Source: an uncultured delta proteobacterium (GTDB lineage Bacteria > Desulfobacterota > Desulfobacteria > Desulfobacterales > Desulfosalsimonadaceae). Taken from it: a stretch of DNA of 64,000 nt. Shown here piece after piece: positions 1 through 10,636 of this stretch. The notes below the pieces were generated by a model that worked only from the letters and a program-made list of their open reading frames with translations, did not search any database and was not told where the DNA came from. The translations under genes and the position numbers were made by a program. Numbering within the stretch: the stretch's first letter is position 1; every line of letters begins with the position of its first letter. Where the stretch lies: positions 1 to 64,000 of the forward strand of contig CAWGYD010000011.1 in NCBI GenBank assembly GCA_963826785.1. The letters run 5' to 3'.

Positions 1-46
1 GACTTCATTTTTCCGAAGCTTGGTTTGTCCTCAGGGACAATCACAA

Positions 47-75
47 CTTATACATTTGAATGTTCCTGATGTCAA
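47..75 (-). promoter_or_regulatory. sigma70-type promoter for a gene starting at the left window edge (ATG at 8-6)
   Basis: Minus strand reads TTGACA-17 bp-TATAAG with an extended TG. A second TTGACA-17-TAGAAA lies at 183-155. Confidence 0.55.
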
Positions 76-249
76 CCAATTTTTTCTCAAAGATCAAAAA
101 AAATGCTTCAGCCGTTTTGGCCGAAGCCGGGTCATCTGTAAGCCAGATGTGCGTTTCTACCTTCACGGCCATGGTTTGTCAACTATAAATTATGTGGAAA
201 TGCAAAATTATTGTGTTCACTGCCCAGCCTGTTTCTAAACGGCTGATTT

Positions 250-1563
250 TTATGAAGCTGAGAAATTATGCAGCCGGTCAGCCACCTCAATAATGCATTC
301 ATAAACCGATTGTAACTGCGCCTCGGTGATGCAGTACGGGGGCAATATATAAAGGACGTTTCCCAGGGGGCGGAGCAGAAATCCCTTTTCAAAGAACAAC
401 GACTTCATCATCGGCCCCACCGCGCTCAGATACCCGCTGTTTTCACCATCGATGACATCCATGGCGGCGATGGTGCCGCACGCCCTCAAATGCGACAGGC
501 GGGGATGGTCCTTTAAACCGGAAATCCCCCGCAAATGCCACGCCTCCATTCCCCGGAACCGGTGCTGGTTCTGCATGAGCAGATCAAAGGATGCCAGGGC
601 GGCCGCGCACCCGATGGGATTGGCCGTATAGGAATGCCCGTGATAGAGGGTCTTTGCCGGATCATCCGCATAGAAAGCCCCGTAGACCTCATCGTTGCAG
701 ACGGTTGCCGCAAGGGGCATGAATCCGCCCGTAATCCCCTTCGAAAGGCAGATAATGTCGGGGCTGACATCGGCTTTAACGCTTGCGAAAAGATCGCCCG
801 TCCGGCCGAACCCCACCATGACCTCGTCAAAAATGAGCAGAATGTCCTGACCGCGCAACCGCTCCCGGAGAGATTTAAGAAATCCGGGACGGCACATGCG
901 CATCCCTCCGGCTCCCTGTATCAAAGGCTCCACAATCAGGGCGGCATATTCACCCGGATGCGTTTCCAGCAAGCGGTCCAGCACCGCCAATGCAGACGCC
1001 TCCTTTTCCGCAGCCTGGTCATCGCCTATCCAGGTGGCAGGATAAGGGACAAAATCGACATTAAACATCAGATCGTTAAAGGCCGAGGTAAATATCGAAC
1101 GGTGGCTGACGGACATGGCCCCCATCGTATCGCCATGGTAGGCCCCTTCAAACGCAAGAAACCGCTTATGACCCGGCTTTTCCATGTTCTTCCAATACTG
1201 GACGGCCATTTTCAGGCCAACTTCCACCGCGGTGGACCCGTCGTCTGAATAAAACACATGTTTCAAGCCCGAAGGCAAAATGGAGACCAGCGCTGAGGCG
1301 AGCTTTTCAGCCGGTTCATGGGTCAGTCCGGCACAGATGACCTGCTCCAGCGTCATTGCCTGGCGGTAAATGGCTTCGGCGATTTCAGGCTGGGCGTGGC
1401 CGTGAAGCGTCACCCACCAACTGGAGATGCAATCCATCAGCCTGCGGCCGTCTGAAAGCTCGAGCATGATCCCTTTGCCCGATTTGACGCTCGGCACATT
1501 TGAAATAGATTTCATCTGGGTAAACGGCAGCCAGAAATGGGAAGAAGAATCTATATTTTTCAT
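250..1563 (-). CDS. bioA: adenosylmethionine-8-amino-7-oxononanoate transaminase
   Basis: WLPFTQM, SSWWVTLHGH, DDGSTAVEV, YHGDT, FDEV, LSKGITGG, HGHSYTANP motifs; lies next to bioD and bioF. Confidence 0.97.
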   Translation of the reverse strand: MKNIDSSSHFWLPFTQMKSISNVPSVKSGKGIMLELSDGRRLMDCISSWWVTLHGHAQPEIAEAIYRQAMTLEQVICAGLTHEPAEKLASALVSILPSGLKHVFYSDDGSTAVEVGLKMAVQYWKNMEKPGHKRFLAFEGAYHGDTMGAMSVSHRSIFTSAFNDLMFNVDFVPYPATWIGDDQAAEKEASALAVLDRLLETHPGEYAALIVEPLIQGAGGMRMCRPGFLKSLRERLRGQDILLIFDEVMVGFGRTGDLFASVKADVSPDIICLSKGITGGFMPLAATVCNDEVYGAFYADDPAKTLYHGHSYTANPIGCAAALASFDLLMQNQHRFRGMEAWHLRGISGLKDHPRLSHLRACGTIAAMDVIDGENSGYLSAVGPMMKSLFFEKGFLLRPLGNVLYILPPYCITEAQLQSVYECIIEVADRLHNFSAS

Positions 1564-1575
1564 GAATTGTCCACT

Positions 1576-2211
1576 TTATTGATCAGGAGTTGTCATCCGG
1601 GAAAACGCATCTTTCAGCGATGGCGATCCCAGCGGATCAAGGGGTTCGATTTCACCGATCACCCGGGTCTGCCCGAAATGTTCGATCGCCGCCCGGTTGA
1701 TATGATTGACCGGACCGTTCATTATCACCCCCCACACCTCAACTTCATACCGGCGCAGCAGGTCAAGGGTCATCAGGGTATGGTTGATGGTTCCCAGACC
1801 ACTCCTGGCCACCACGAGCACCGGAATGCAAAGGTGCCGCATCAAATCGATCATCAGGTGCCGATCGTTTAAGGGGACCATCACTCCGCCCGCCCCTTCC
1901 ACAATCAGATGGCGAAAGGCGCCGGGATCCGGCAGCACAAACCGGCTAAGGTCAATCTCGATGCCGTCTGCCGCGGCTGCCGCATGGGGGGACAGGGGTT
2001 TTGACAATCGATAGGTTTCGGGGAAAAAATGGTGATCCGGAAGGCCGGTGTGCCGCCTGATCCAGTCGGTATCCGTGATCTCCTCCAGTCCGCTTTGCAC
2101 CGGTTTCCAGTAAGCGGCACCTAATCCCTTCATCAGCATGGCGCATATCACTGTTTTACCCACCCCCGTGTCGGTGCCGGTCACAAACAGTTTTTCAGGA
2201 AAAGATATCAT
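1576..2211 (-). CDS. bioD: dethiobiotin synthase
   Basis: FVTGTDTGVGKT P-loop, WKPVQSG, VEGAGG, LGTINHT. ATG at 2211 overlaps the bioF stop (ATGA). Confidence 0.97.
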   Translation of the reverse strand: MISFPEKLFVTGTDTGVGKTVICAMLMKGLGAAYWKPVQSGLEEITDTDWIRRHTGLPDHHFFPETYRLSKPLSPHAAAAADGIEIDLSRFVLPDPGAFRHLIVEGAGGVMVPLNDRHLMIDLMRHLCIPVLVVARSGLGTINHTLMTLDLLRRYEVEVWGVIMNGPVNHINRAAIEHFGQTRVIGEIEPLDPLGSPSLKDAFSRMTTPDQ

Positions 2212-3389
2212 GTGACCTTGAGAAGGGTCCATTCCCGGAGTGCCCCGGTCAAATTCCGGATGTGTTCCGGTGTATGGGGAACCGACAAGGAAATACGGAT
2301 CCGGGATTTTCCTTCCGGTACGGTCGGCGGCCGGATGGCCGTTACCAGCATGTTTTTTTCTTCCAGGAATGCCGACAGGGATAAGGCGTCCTTCTCATTG
2401 CCGATGATCACCGGAATGATCTGGGTAGCCGAATTTTCGGTGTGAAACCCCAATTCATTCAAGGAAGCCCGCAGGCCTTTGGCATTTTGCATCAGCGTGC
2501 GCCGCTGTGCCTCCATTTCCGGAATCAGATCCAAAGCGGCATCCACCGCCCCGAGCACCGTCGGCGGCAGTGCCGTGGTGTAGATAAATCCCGAGCACCG
2601 GTTGATGAGGTATTGTCGAAGCTCGGCGCTGCAGGTCACATAGGCGCCAAAGGAGCCGCAGGCTTTGCCGAAGGTCCCCATGGCCAGATCCACCTTCCGG
2701 CCGGCGGTCATTCCCATGCCGTTTTCACCCATCACGCCGGTGGCATGCGCATCATCCACCATCAAAAATGCGCCGTACTGCCGGCTTAGAACTTCAATGC
2801 CGGAAAGATCACAGATATCCCCGTCCATGCTGAACACGGATTCGGTAACGATGATGATCCGGCAAAACCCGTTTTTACTGTTTTCCTCGAGCAGTCGGGC
2901 CAGATGATCCAGATCATTGTGTTCATAGATTAAAACGCGGGCGCCGGAAAGCCGGCATCCCTGGATCAGGCTGTTATGGTTGAGCCTGTCCGAAAGGATC
3001 AGGGTGTTTTTATCGGCCAACGCCGGCAATACGGAAATATTGGCCTGGAACCCGGAGTTGAAGATCAGGGCCGACTCCGCCCGTTTGAGGTGGGCAATTT
3101 TTTCCTCCAGGCGGGAAAAAATCTCGTAATTGCCGCAGATCAGGCGGGATGCAGTGGAACCGGCGCCCCAGGCGTCCAGATACTCCGCTGCCCGGGCCAT
3201 CACCAGGGGATGCTGAGAAAGCCCCAGGTAGTCGTTTGAGCAGAAATTGATGATACGCCGGCCGCCGATATAGACGTTTACGCCGGAAACCCCGCTGACA
3301 TCGCGCAGCCGGCGGAGGCGGTGCGATTGTTCCCTTCGATCCAGCTCCGCCTGAACGTCTTCATAAATTTTGCTATTTTCTCGATTCAA
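2208..3389 (-). CDS. bioF: 8-amino-7-oxononanoate synthase
   Basis: NFCSNDYLGL, SDRLNHNSL, VFSMDGD, DDAHATG, GTFGKA, IRPPTVP motifs. Confidence 0.96.
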   Translation of the reverse strand: MNRENSKIYEDVQAELDRREQSHRLRRLRDVSGVSGVNVYIGGRRIINFCSNDYLGLSQHPLVMARAAEYLDAWGAGSTASRLICGNYEIFSRLEEKIAHLKRAESALIFNSGFQANISVLPALADKNTLILSDRLNHNSLIQGCRLSGARVLIYEHNDLDHLARLLEENSKNGFCRIIIVTESVFSMDGDICDLSGIEVLSRQYGAFLMVDDAHATGVMGENGMGMTAGRKVDLAMGTFGKACGSFGAYVTCSAELRQYLINRCSGFIYTTALPPTVLGAVDAALDLIPEMEAQRRTLMQNAKGLRASLNELGFHTENSATQIIPVIIGNEKDALSLSAFLEEKNMLVTAIRPPTVPEGKSRIRISLSVPHTPEHIRNLTGALREWTLLKVT

Positions 3390-4522
3390 GCGTCATAAAA
3401 CGATGTAATCTGATCGACCACATAGGCCAGCTGCTCATCGGTCAATTCCGGATAGACCGGCAGGGCCAGGGTGTGATTTGCGGCATGCTCGGAAACAGGA
3501 AATCCGCCTTCATGATGGCCCAGGTCCGCAAAGCATTCCTGGAGGTGCAGCGGTACGGGATAATAAATTTCGCATCCCACGCCGTGATCGTTGAGATGCT
3601 GCCGCAGTTCGTCGCGCTTTTCGGAAACTTCGATGATAAACTGATTGTAAATATGCCGATTCTGCTTCTGAACCGGGCATTTGATTTTATCACCCAGCCC
3701 GGCCCCGGCAATGAGGTCTTTATACTTGCCGGCATTTTCCTGGCGGCCGGCTGTCCACTGATCCAGGTACTGAAGTTTTATGGAAACAATGGCGGCCTGA
3801 AGGGCATCCAGCCGGAAATTGCCGCCGATATAACGGTGGTAATACTTGGGATGGGAGCCGTGGACCCTGAGGATCATCAGCTTGTCATAGAGTTCATCGG
3901 AATCGGTGGTCACAATGCCGCCGTCTCCGAATCCGCCCAGATTCTTTGAGGGAAAAAAGGAGAAGCAGCCGAAATCGCCCATGGCGCCTGCACGCTTTCC
4001 CTTATACTCCGAACCGATGGCCTGGGCCGCATCCTCGATCACCACCCATTGGTTTTCCGCGGCAATGGTTACGATGTCGTCCATTTCCGCGCACTGGCCA
4101 TAAAGGTGGACCGGCATGATGCCCTTCACCGTCTGCCGCTGCTCTTTTGCCATCCGAGACAATGCTTCTGATATCTTCTCCGCCGAAATGTTGTAGGTGT
4201 CCGGCTCGATATCCACAAACACGGGAATCGCCCCCACCCGACAGATGGACCCGGCGGTGGCAAAAAAGGTATAGGGGCTGGTGACCACGCGATCCCCCGG
4301 ACCGATGCCGGCCGCCATCAATGAGATGAGCAGCGCATCCGTTCCCGAAGAAACCCCCACCGCATGCGCAGTCCGGCAATACGAGGCGATTTTCGCTTCC
4401 AAATTTTGAACATGCGGACCCAGAATGAAATACTGGCTCTCGTAAATTTCCCGGGTGACTTCAAGACATTCTTTTCTGATCTGTGCGTATTGCGCCTTTA
4501 GATCCAGCAGCGGAACATTCAT
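3386..4522 (-). CDS. DegT/DnrJ/EryC1/StrS family PLP nucleotide-sugar aminotransferase
   Basis: VPLLDL start, SSGTDAL, PVHLYGQ, IEDAAQA, SFFPSKNLGGFGDGG, NFRLDALQAA. Confidence 0.93.
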   Translation of the reverse strand: MNVPLLDLKAQYAQIRKECLEVTREIYESQYFILGPHVQNLEAKIASYCRTAHAVGVSSGTDALLISLMAAGIGPGDRVVTSPYTFFATAGSICRVGAIPVFVDIEPDTYNISAEKISEALSRMAKEQRQTVKGIMPVHLYGQCAEMDDIVTIAAENQWVVIEDAAQAIGSEYKGKRAGAMGDFGCFSFFPSKNLGGFGDGGIVTTDSDELYDKLMILRVHGSHPKYYHRYIGGNFRLDALQAAIVSIKLQYLDQWTAGRQENAGKYKDLIAGAGLGDKIKCPVQKQNRHIYNQFIIEVSEKRDELRQHLNDHGVGCEIYYPVPLHLQECFADLGHHEGGFPVSEHAANHTLALPVYPELTDEQLAYVVDQITSFYDA

Positions 4523-4772
4523 ATTTATTTTGCTTTCATCCCTGTTTGCCTTGGCGGCTTTGCAAGAAATAACACTTTTAAGGAAGTTAACTCGATAAAT
4601 GGTTTAATTAATTGTTGCCTGTTCATTTCGTCTTCCTGGATTCCGGCTTAAAGACTGCCGAAATGACGAATTGATGTTCGCTCATAAGGAGAACGACAAA
4701 TTAGAAGGTATCATGTCGGTCATTAAGTCAGCGCTTATGCCCCTGAAGGGGGAATTAGAGTCCGGTTTACCG

Positions 4773-5159
4773 CTACTCCTCATGCACCGCCGTTCCCACG
4801 TAGGTGATGTAGATTTCGGAAAACAGCGGCGGCAGGACACTCTGGTATTCATACCATGAATTGATATCCTTGATGCCGGTGACCCGGTCTCCGTAGGTGC
4901 TTTTGGCTGCGTCCCACAGCAGGGCCTCGCCCTCGGTCCCTTCCACCAGGATGCCCATGATGCACCGCGATTCGCCATACGCCGTGACCAGCCCCAGAAC
5001 CTTGTAATTCGTCGATTCATAGCGGGTCACCGTCTGGGTGGCATTCATATTCGTCAACTGAGTCCTTCTCATGTATTCGGGATAGCCGCAACCCGCCAAA
5101 CACAGGAAGGCTACCGCAATCAGGCTTGAAACGGCGATTCTGAAAATGCTCTTTTTCAT
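4773..5159 (-). CDS. small lipoprotein (TRL-like fold suspected)
   Basis: Signal peptide with lipobox LAGC; RBS GGAGG; G-x-S-x-C-I-x-G pattern and C-terminal VGTAV. Confidence 0.7.
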   Translation of the reverse strand: MKKSIFRIAVSSLIAVAFLCLAGCGYPEYMRRTQLTNMNATQTVTRYESTNYKVLGLVTAYGESRCIMGILVEGTEGEALLWDAAKSTYGDRVTGIKDINSWYEYQSVLPPLFSEIYITYVGTAVHEE

Positions 5160-5190
5160 ACGACACCCTCCTTGAAAAATGAATGATGGT

Positions 5191-8100
5191 TTATCTTCTC
5201 TTTGCGGCGAACCGCTTTGTCTGGTTGCGCTGATGCTCTGACCCGGTCGGAATCGCAGCGCAGCTGGTGACCACCGCCGGATATCCCAGAAGCTGGTGGA
5301 CCTCCCGGGTCAGGGCGGCTCCCGCCCGCAGCTTCATTTGGGGCAGTTCAATAATGGTTTCGGTTTTTCCGGGAATGATGAAATGGATATAGCCGCTGCA
5401 CTTGCCCGCATGCTTTTTAAAGATCCGGTGGAGGTCGGGGATTACTTTTTCATCCGTCTTTTTCGCATCCAGGGTGACGTGAACGCTGGCCGTCCATGTT
5501 TCTTCGGCTTTACTCATGGAAATGATGCTGTCCGCCAGAATCTTGACCGATTTTTCATTTTTTTCCACTACGCCCTGGACGAATACCGCCGCGTCATTTA
5601 CAAGGACTTCCTGCACCGACTGGTAGAGGTTGGGGAAAACAGTGACCGCCACCGAACCGTTCATATCCTCCAGCTGCATATTGGCCATGGGATCGCCCCG
5701 TTTGCTGATAAACGATCTCAAATTCCGGATGACGCCGCCCAGCCGGACCATGGATTTGTCCTGGATGCTTTCCTCCTGAAGGGCCAGCGTGTCGGTGCTG
5801 GCGAATTTTTCAAGGATATCCCGATGATCGTCTAAGGGATGCCCGGTAATGTAAAACCCGATGGACTCCTTCTCCAGGTCCAGCCGCATCTTTTTATCCC
5901 ATTCCGGGACATCGGCCAGGGTCGGGGCGTTGATGGCACCCACTTTTCCGCTGCCGCCAAACAGCTGCATCTGGGGATCGGCGGCTTCCTTCTGAATTTT
6001 CTGACCGTAATCCAGGGCATCTTCCACGGCCGCAGCCAGCTGAGACCTTCGAGCGCCGGTGGAATCGAAGGCACCGCACTGGATCAGGCTTTCCACCACC
6101 CGCTTGTTCACCTTGCGCAGGTCCACCCGCCGGCAGAAATCAAACAATGATTTAAAGCTACCTTCCTTGCGGGTTTCGATGATCGACTCAATGGCCGATT
6201 CCCCCACGTTTTTGACCGCCGCCAGCCCGAACCGGATCTTGTCTTCCGAAACCGAAAACCCGCGGTCGCTCTCATTGATATCCGGGGGCAGAACGGGGAT
6301 GCTCATCCGAGCGCACTCGGCAATGAATTTTACCACGTTGTCGGAGGAATGCATTTCGCTGCTCAGCACCGCCGCCATGTATTCCACCGGGAAATGGGCC
6401 TTCAGATAGGCGGTCTGGTAAGCGATGAGGGCGTAGGCGGCGCTGTGGGATTTATTGAAGCCGTACCCGGCAAATTTCTCGATCAGGTCAAACAACTGGA
6501 TGGCTTTGTCTTTGGGAACATGGTTTTCCTGGGCCCCGGCAACGAAGCGGTCCTTCTGCTTGGCCATTTCCTCGGCAATTTTTTTGCCCATGGCCTTGCG
6601 CAGTTTGTCGGCTTCCGCCATGGAAAAATTGCCCACGTCCGCAGCGATCTTCATTACCTGTTCCTGGTACAGAATCACGCCATAGGTGACGTTTAAAATC
6701 GGCTCCAGCTGGGGAATCAGGTACTCGGGCTGGCGGCGGCCATGCTTGATCTCCACATAATCATCATGCATGCCGCTGCCCATGGGCCCCGGACGGTAAA
6801 GGGCCACCAGCGCGGTAATGTCGGCAAAATTTTCCGGCTTCATGCGGATGACCAGGTCTTTCATGCCGGAACTTTCCAACTGGAATACCGCCGTGGTGTC
6901 CCCCACGGAAAGAAGCCGGTAGGTTTGCGCATCATCTAAGGGAAGATGCGCCATATCGGGCGGCGTCTTTCCCTGGCCTTCAATGATGGCCAGAGCACTG
7001 TTGATGATGGTGAGGTTGCGCAGGCCCAGAAAGTCGAACTTGACCAGCCCGATTTTTTCCACCATTTTCATATCGAACTGGGTGAGGACTTCACCCCGTT
7101 TCCCCCGGTAAAGCGGCAGATATTCCACCAGCTTTTTGTCCCCGATCACCACGCCCGCCGCATGGGTGGAGGCATGCCGGTTCAGGCCTTCGAGCACCTT
7201 CGAGATTTCGATGAGTTCGGCAATCCGGGGATCGCTCTCAACAAGGGCGCGCAGTTTGGGCTCCTGTTCCAGCGCCTGGTTCAGACTGATGTTGATGTTT
7301 TCCGGCACCAGCTTGGCGATCATGTCCACTTCGGGCAAGGGGATGTCTAAGGCCCGTCCCACATCCCGGATCACGGCCCGCGCCTTCATTTTTCCGAAGG
7401 TGATAATCTGGGAAACATATTCCTCGCCGCCGTAGCGGTCCGCGACATAATGATAGACCGATTCCCGGCCGTTGATGCAGAAGTCCACATCGATGTCGGG
7501 CATGCTGTTTCGATCCGGATTGAGGAACCGCTCGAAAATCAAGCCGTTTTCGATGGGGTCGAGATCCGTGATGCCCAAAGAATAGGCCACCAGGCTTCCG
7601 GCGGCGGACCCCCGGCCCGGCCCCACGGGAATGTTGTTTTTTTTGGCATACTCGATGAAATCGGCCACGATCAGGAAATACCCGGCAAATCCCATGTCGT
7701 TGATGACGCCGATCTCATAGTCAATCCGGCGGTCATACACCTGTTCGTCCGCATCCGGATTCCGCTTTTTGATCTGGGCCATTCTTATCCCGAACCCGGC
7801 CCGCGCCTTTTCCTCGAATTGCGCGGATTCGCTTTTTTCAGCGGTCATGTCGAATTTGGGAAAATGGAAGGTTTTGAAATCAAATTCCACATGGCAGCGG
7901 TTGGCAATGGCAACGGTATTTTCGATGGCGCCGGGATAGTGGGCGAATTTGTCGATCATCTCCTGGGGGGATTTGAGGTAGAGCTCCTCGGAGCCGAACC
8001 GGAACCGGCCGTCATCCTTTAAGGTATTGCCCGTCTGGATGCACAGGAGCACCTCGTGGGCCCGCACGTCCGTCTTGTTCAGGTAATGGCAGTCGTTGGT

Positions 8101-8721
8101 GGCCACCATGGGCATGGACAGCCGGCCGCTCATGTCCAGCAGGGCCTGGTTGACCAGTTCCTGCTCGGCAATGCCGTTATGCTGCACCTCCAGGAAAAAC
8201 GAGTTTTCCCCGAAAAGATTCTGGAAGTACCGGGCCGCATCATCGGCCTCTTTGACCTTTCCGGTTCTGAGCAGACCGGGAATTTCCCCCTTGAGGCAGG
8301 CGGACAGGCCGATCAGCCCTTCACAATGGGCCTCGAGGATCGACTTGTCGATCCGGGGCTTGTAATAGAACCCTTCCAGGCTGGCAATGGTGGCCAGGCG
8401 GCACAGGTTCTGATATCCCTGCTGGGTTTCGGCCAGCAGCACCAGATGGGACAGGCCGCTGTTGTCAAGCGGGGTCCGGTCACTGATGGTGCGCGGCGCC
8501 ACATAGCATTCGCACCCGATGACCGGCCGGATGCCGGCTTTATTCGCCTTTTCCCACATATGGACAACGCCATGCATGGTGCCGTGATCGGTAATGGCCA
8601 CTGCGGGCATGTTGAATTCGGCGACCCGCTTCAGCAGGTCATCTATCCGGATGGCCCCGTCCAAAAGGCTGTATTCGGTGTGGACATGCAGATGGGCAAA
8701 GGCTGTGGATTCAGCGGCCAT
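5191..8721 (-). CDS. dnaE: DNA polymerase III subunit alpha
   Basis: HLHVHTEYSLLDG PHP domain, GPGRGSAAGS, MPDIDVDF, KFDFLGL, YGFNKSH; 1176 aa with no intein. Confidence 0.98.
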   Translation of the reverse strand: MAAESTAFAHLHVHTEYSLLDGAIRIDDLLKRVAEFNMPAVAITDHGTMHGVVHMWEKANKAGIRPVIGCECYVAPRTISDRTPLDNSGLSHLVLLAETQQGYQNLCRLATIASLEGFYYKPRIDKSILEAHCEGLIGLSACLKGEIPGLLRTGKVKEADDAARYFQNLFGENSFFLEVQHNGIAEQELVNQALLDMSGRLSMPMVATNDCHYLNKTDVRAHEVLLCIQTGNTLKDDGRFRFGSEELYLKSPQEMIDKFAHYPGAIENTVAIANRCHVEFDFKTFHFPKFDMTAEKSESAQFEEKARAGFGIRMAQIKKRNPDADEQVYDRRIDYEIGVINDMGFAGYFLIVADFIEYAKKNNIPVGPGRGSAAGSLVAYSLGITDLDPIENGLIFERFLNPDRNSMPDIDVDFCINGRESVYHYVADRYGGEEYVSQIITFGKMKARAVIRDVGRALDIPLPEVDMIAKLVPENINISLNQALEQEPKLRALVESDPRIAELIEISKVLEGLNRHASTHAAGVVIGDKKLVEYLPLYRGKRGEVLTQFDMKMVEKIGLVKFDFLGLRNLTIINSALAIIEGQGKTPPDMAHLPLDDAQTYRLLSVGDTTAVFQLESSGMKDLVIRMKPENFADITALVALYRPGPMGSGMHDDYVEIKHGRRQPEYLIPQLEPILNVTYGVILYQEQVMKIAADVGNFSMAEADKLRKAMGKKIAEEMAKQKDRFVAGAQENHVPKDKAIQLFDLIEKFAGYGFNKSHSAAYALIAYQTAYLKAHFPVEYMAAVLSSEMHSSDNVVKFIAECARMSIPVLPPDINESDRGFSVSEDKIRFGLAAVKNVGESAIESIIETRKEGSFKSLFDFCRRVDLRKVNKRVVESLIQCGAFDSTGARRSQLAAAVEDALDYGQKIQKEAADPQMQLFGGSGKVGAINAPTLADVPEWDKKMRLDLEKESIGFYITGHPLDDHRDILEKFASTDTLALQEESIQDKSMVRLGGVIRNLRSFISKRGDPMANMQLEDMNGSVAVTVFPNLYQSVQEVLVNDAAVFVQGVVEKNEKSVKILADSIISMSKAEETWTASVHVTLDAKKTDEKVIPDLHRIFKKHAGKCSGYIHFIIPGKTETIIELPQMKLRAGAALTREVHQLLGYPAVVTSCAAIPTGSEHQRNQTKRFAAKRR

Positions 8722-8815
8722 GAGGCATACCTTCGAAAAATGGCATCGATATATTCTCTGAAAAATATGACAAGAGACAGACCTCTAAAACATCGGGAGA
8801 TGAAAGAAGAAATGT

Positions 8816-8850
8816 TGTGCACATGTACGTTGTCGTTAACGTGCACGTAA
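8816..8850. repeat. degenerate hexamer (CGTNNA) tandem/palindromic intergenic repeat
   Basis: tgtgca catgta cgttgt cgttaa cgtgca cgtaa; same family as 20979-21029 and 23863-23875. Confidence 0.6.
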
Positions 8851-8872
8851 TTTCCGCTTTTTGCATCAAACA

Positions 8873-10339
8873 TCAATCCAGGCTGTAGTTTGGCGCCTCC
8901 TTGGTGATAATCACGTCATGGGCGTGGCTTTCCCTTAGACCCGCGGCACTGATCTTGATAAACCGCGCCTTTTCCCGGAGTTCCTCGATGGTCCGGCAGC
9001 CGCAGTATCCCATTCCCGCCTTGAGCCCGCCCACCTGCTGAAATACATTTTCCGCGATGGTCCCGCGGTAGGGCACCCGGCCGACGATGCCTTCGGGGAC
9101 CAGTTTATCGATATCGGATTCTTCATCCCCCTGGTAGTAACGGTCCTTGCTCCCCTGTTTCATGGCTTCCACCGACCCCATTCCCCGGTAGGACTTGTAG
9201 CTGCGGCCCTGAAAGATGATCTTTTCCCCCGGGCTTTCCTCGGTTCCGGCATAGAGTCCGCCGATCATCACGCAGTGGGCGCCGGCGCCGATGGCCTTGG
9301 TGATATCTCCGGAGAATTTGATGCCGCCGTCGGCAATGATCGGCACACCGGTCTTATTGGAAATGGAGCGGCAATTGATAATGGCCGTCAACTGGGGAAC
9401 CCCCACCCCGGCCACAATCCGGGTGGTGCAGATGGACCCGGGACCGATACCCACTTTCACGGCATCGGCACCGGCATTGATCAACTCTTCCGCCCCTTTT
9501 CCCGTCCCCACGTTTCCGGCGATGACATCAACATCCTTGGAAAGCGTTTTCAAGCGTTTTACGGAATTGATCACATTGGCCGAATGCCCGTGGGAGGTAT
9601 CGATGAGCAGGACATCCACCCCGGCCCGGACCAGTGCATCCGCCCTTTCCACCATGTCCGATCCCACGCCCACGGCCGCCCCCACCCGGAGCCGCCCGAA
9701 GCTGTCCTTGCAGGCATAGGGGAATTTTCGGATCTTTTCGATGTCCTTGATGGTGATCATACCGGTCAGCAGGCCCCTGCTGTTGACCACCAGCAGTTTT
9801 TCGATCCGGTGCTCATGGAGCAGCTTCTTGGATTCCTCCAGGTCGATCCCTTCGGAAACCGTGATCAGGTTTTCCTTGGTCATCACCTCCGAGACCTTCT
9901 TGTCCAGGTTGGTCTCAAACCGCAGATCGCGGTTGGTCACGATCCCGACCAGCTGATCCCCCCGGGTCACCGGCACGCCTGAAATATGATACATTTCCAT
10001 CAGCTGCAGGACATTGCGGATGGGCACGTCCGGCTCCGTCGTGACCGGATCGATAATCATGCCGCTCTCCGACTTTTTAACGCTTTCCACTTCGCGGCAC
10101 TGGTCCTTGATGCCCATGTTGCGGTGAATAAACCCCATGCCCCCCTCCCGGGCCATGCTGATGGCGGTGCGGGCCTCGGTCACCGTATCCATGGCGGCGC
10201 TGACCAGGGGGATATTGAGGTTGATGTTGCGCGTCAGGCGTGTGCTGGTATTGACTTCGCTGGGCAGGACGTCCGAATAGTTGGGCAGCAGCAGCACATC
10301 ATCAAAAGAATAGGCTTCTTCAGGCGGTGATTTGATCAT
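8873..10339 (-). CDS. guaB: IMP dehydrogenase
   Basis: [19 protein letters not shown] pair, [11 protein letters not shown] catalytic motif, YRGMGS. ATG 10339 has a GGAGGAG RBS; the ORF-track N-terminal extension is not real. Confidence 0.98.
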   Translation of the reverse strand: MIKSPPEEAYSFDDVLLLPNYSDVLPSEVNTSTRLTRNINLNIPLVSAAMDTVTEARTAISMAREGGMGFIHRNMGIKDQCREVESVKKSESGMIIDPVTTEPDVPIRNVLQLMEMYHISGVPVTRGDQLVGIVTNRDLRFETNLDKKVSEVMTKENLITVSEGIDLEESKKLLHEHRIEKLLVVNSRGLLTGMITIKDIEKIRKFPYACKDSFGRLRVGAAVGVGSDMVERADALVRAGVDVLLIDTSHGHSANVINSVKRLKTLSKDVDVIAGNVGTGKGAEELINAGADAVKVGIGPGSICTTRIVAGVGVPQLTAIINCRSISNKTGVPIIADGGIKFSGDITKAIGAGAHCVMIGGLYAGTEESPGEKIIFQGRSYKSYRGMGSVEAMKQGSKDRYYQGDEESDIDKLVPEGIVGRVPYRGTIAENVFQQVGGLKAGMGYCGCRTIEELREKARFIKISAAGLRESHAHDVIITKEAPNYSLD

Positions 10340-10354
10340 GACTCCTCCGATGCA

Positions 10355-10520
10355 TAATATATTGTGCCTGAACGAAAATGCGGATGCGGGTCTAATGCTT
10401 GGGCGGCGGAAGTTTTTCGACCCCGATGGCGGCGACGCGCAACCCGGGAATGAAAAATTCCGGAAACGCCGCATTGACCTGTACTTTTCCGTTCAGGCAG
10501 CATATGTGTTTCCGGGTAAC
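10355..10520 (-). promoter_or_regulatory. structured 5' leader of guaB (candidate cis-regulatory RNA)
   Basis: Long-range inverted repeat TGCCTGAACG(G)AAAA / TTTTCGTTCAGGCA plus ATGCGG/CCGCAT enclosing smaller hairpins. Confidence 0.4.
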
Positions 10521-10636
10521 CGGACCATTTTATACGAACTTGACAGGTTAATATCATTATCATAATACTCCCGACAATGATAAAAAAATATCTTTAAGGA
10601 AAAACCCCGTTCTTCAGGCGAAAGAAAACATGCGGT

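Noticed and set aside
170..210. BirA operator near the bioA 3' end
   Set aside because: Only one TTGTCAAC half-site is present and it lies downstream of the bio genes; it is better explained as a minus-strand -35 box.
5191..8721. Intein in DnaE
   Set aside because: The length is normal and there are no splicing motifs.
10355..10505. 6S RNA
   Set aside because: It is shorter than typical 6S, has no recognisable central bubble or conserved 6S segments, and sits directly in the guaB leader.
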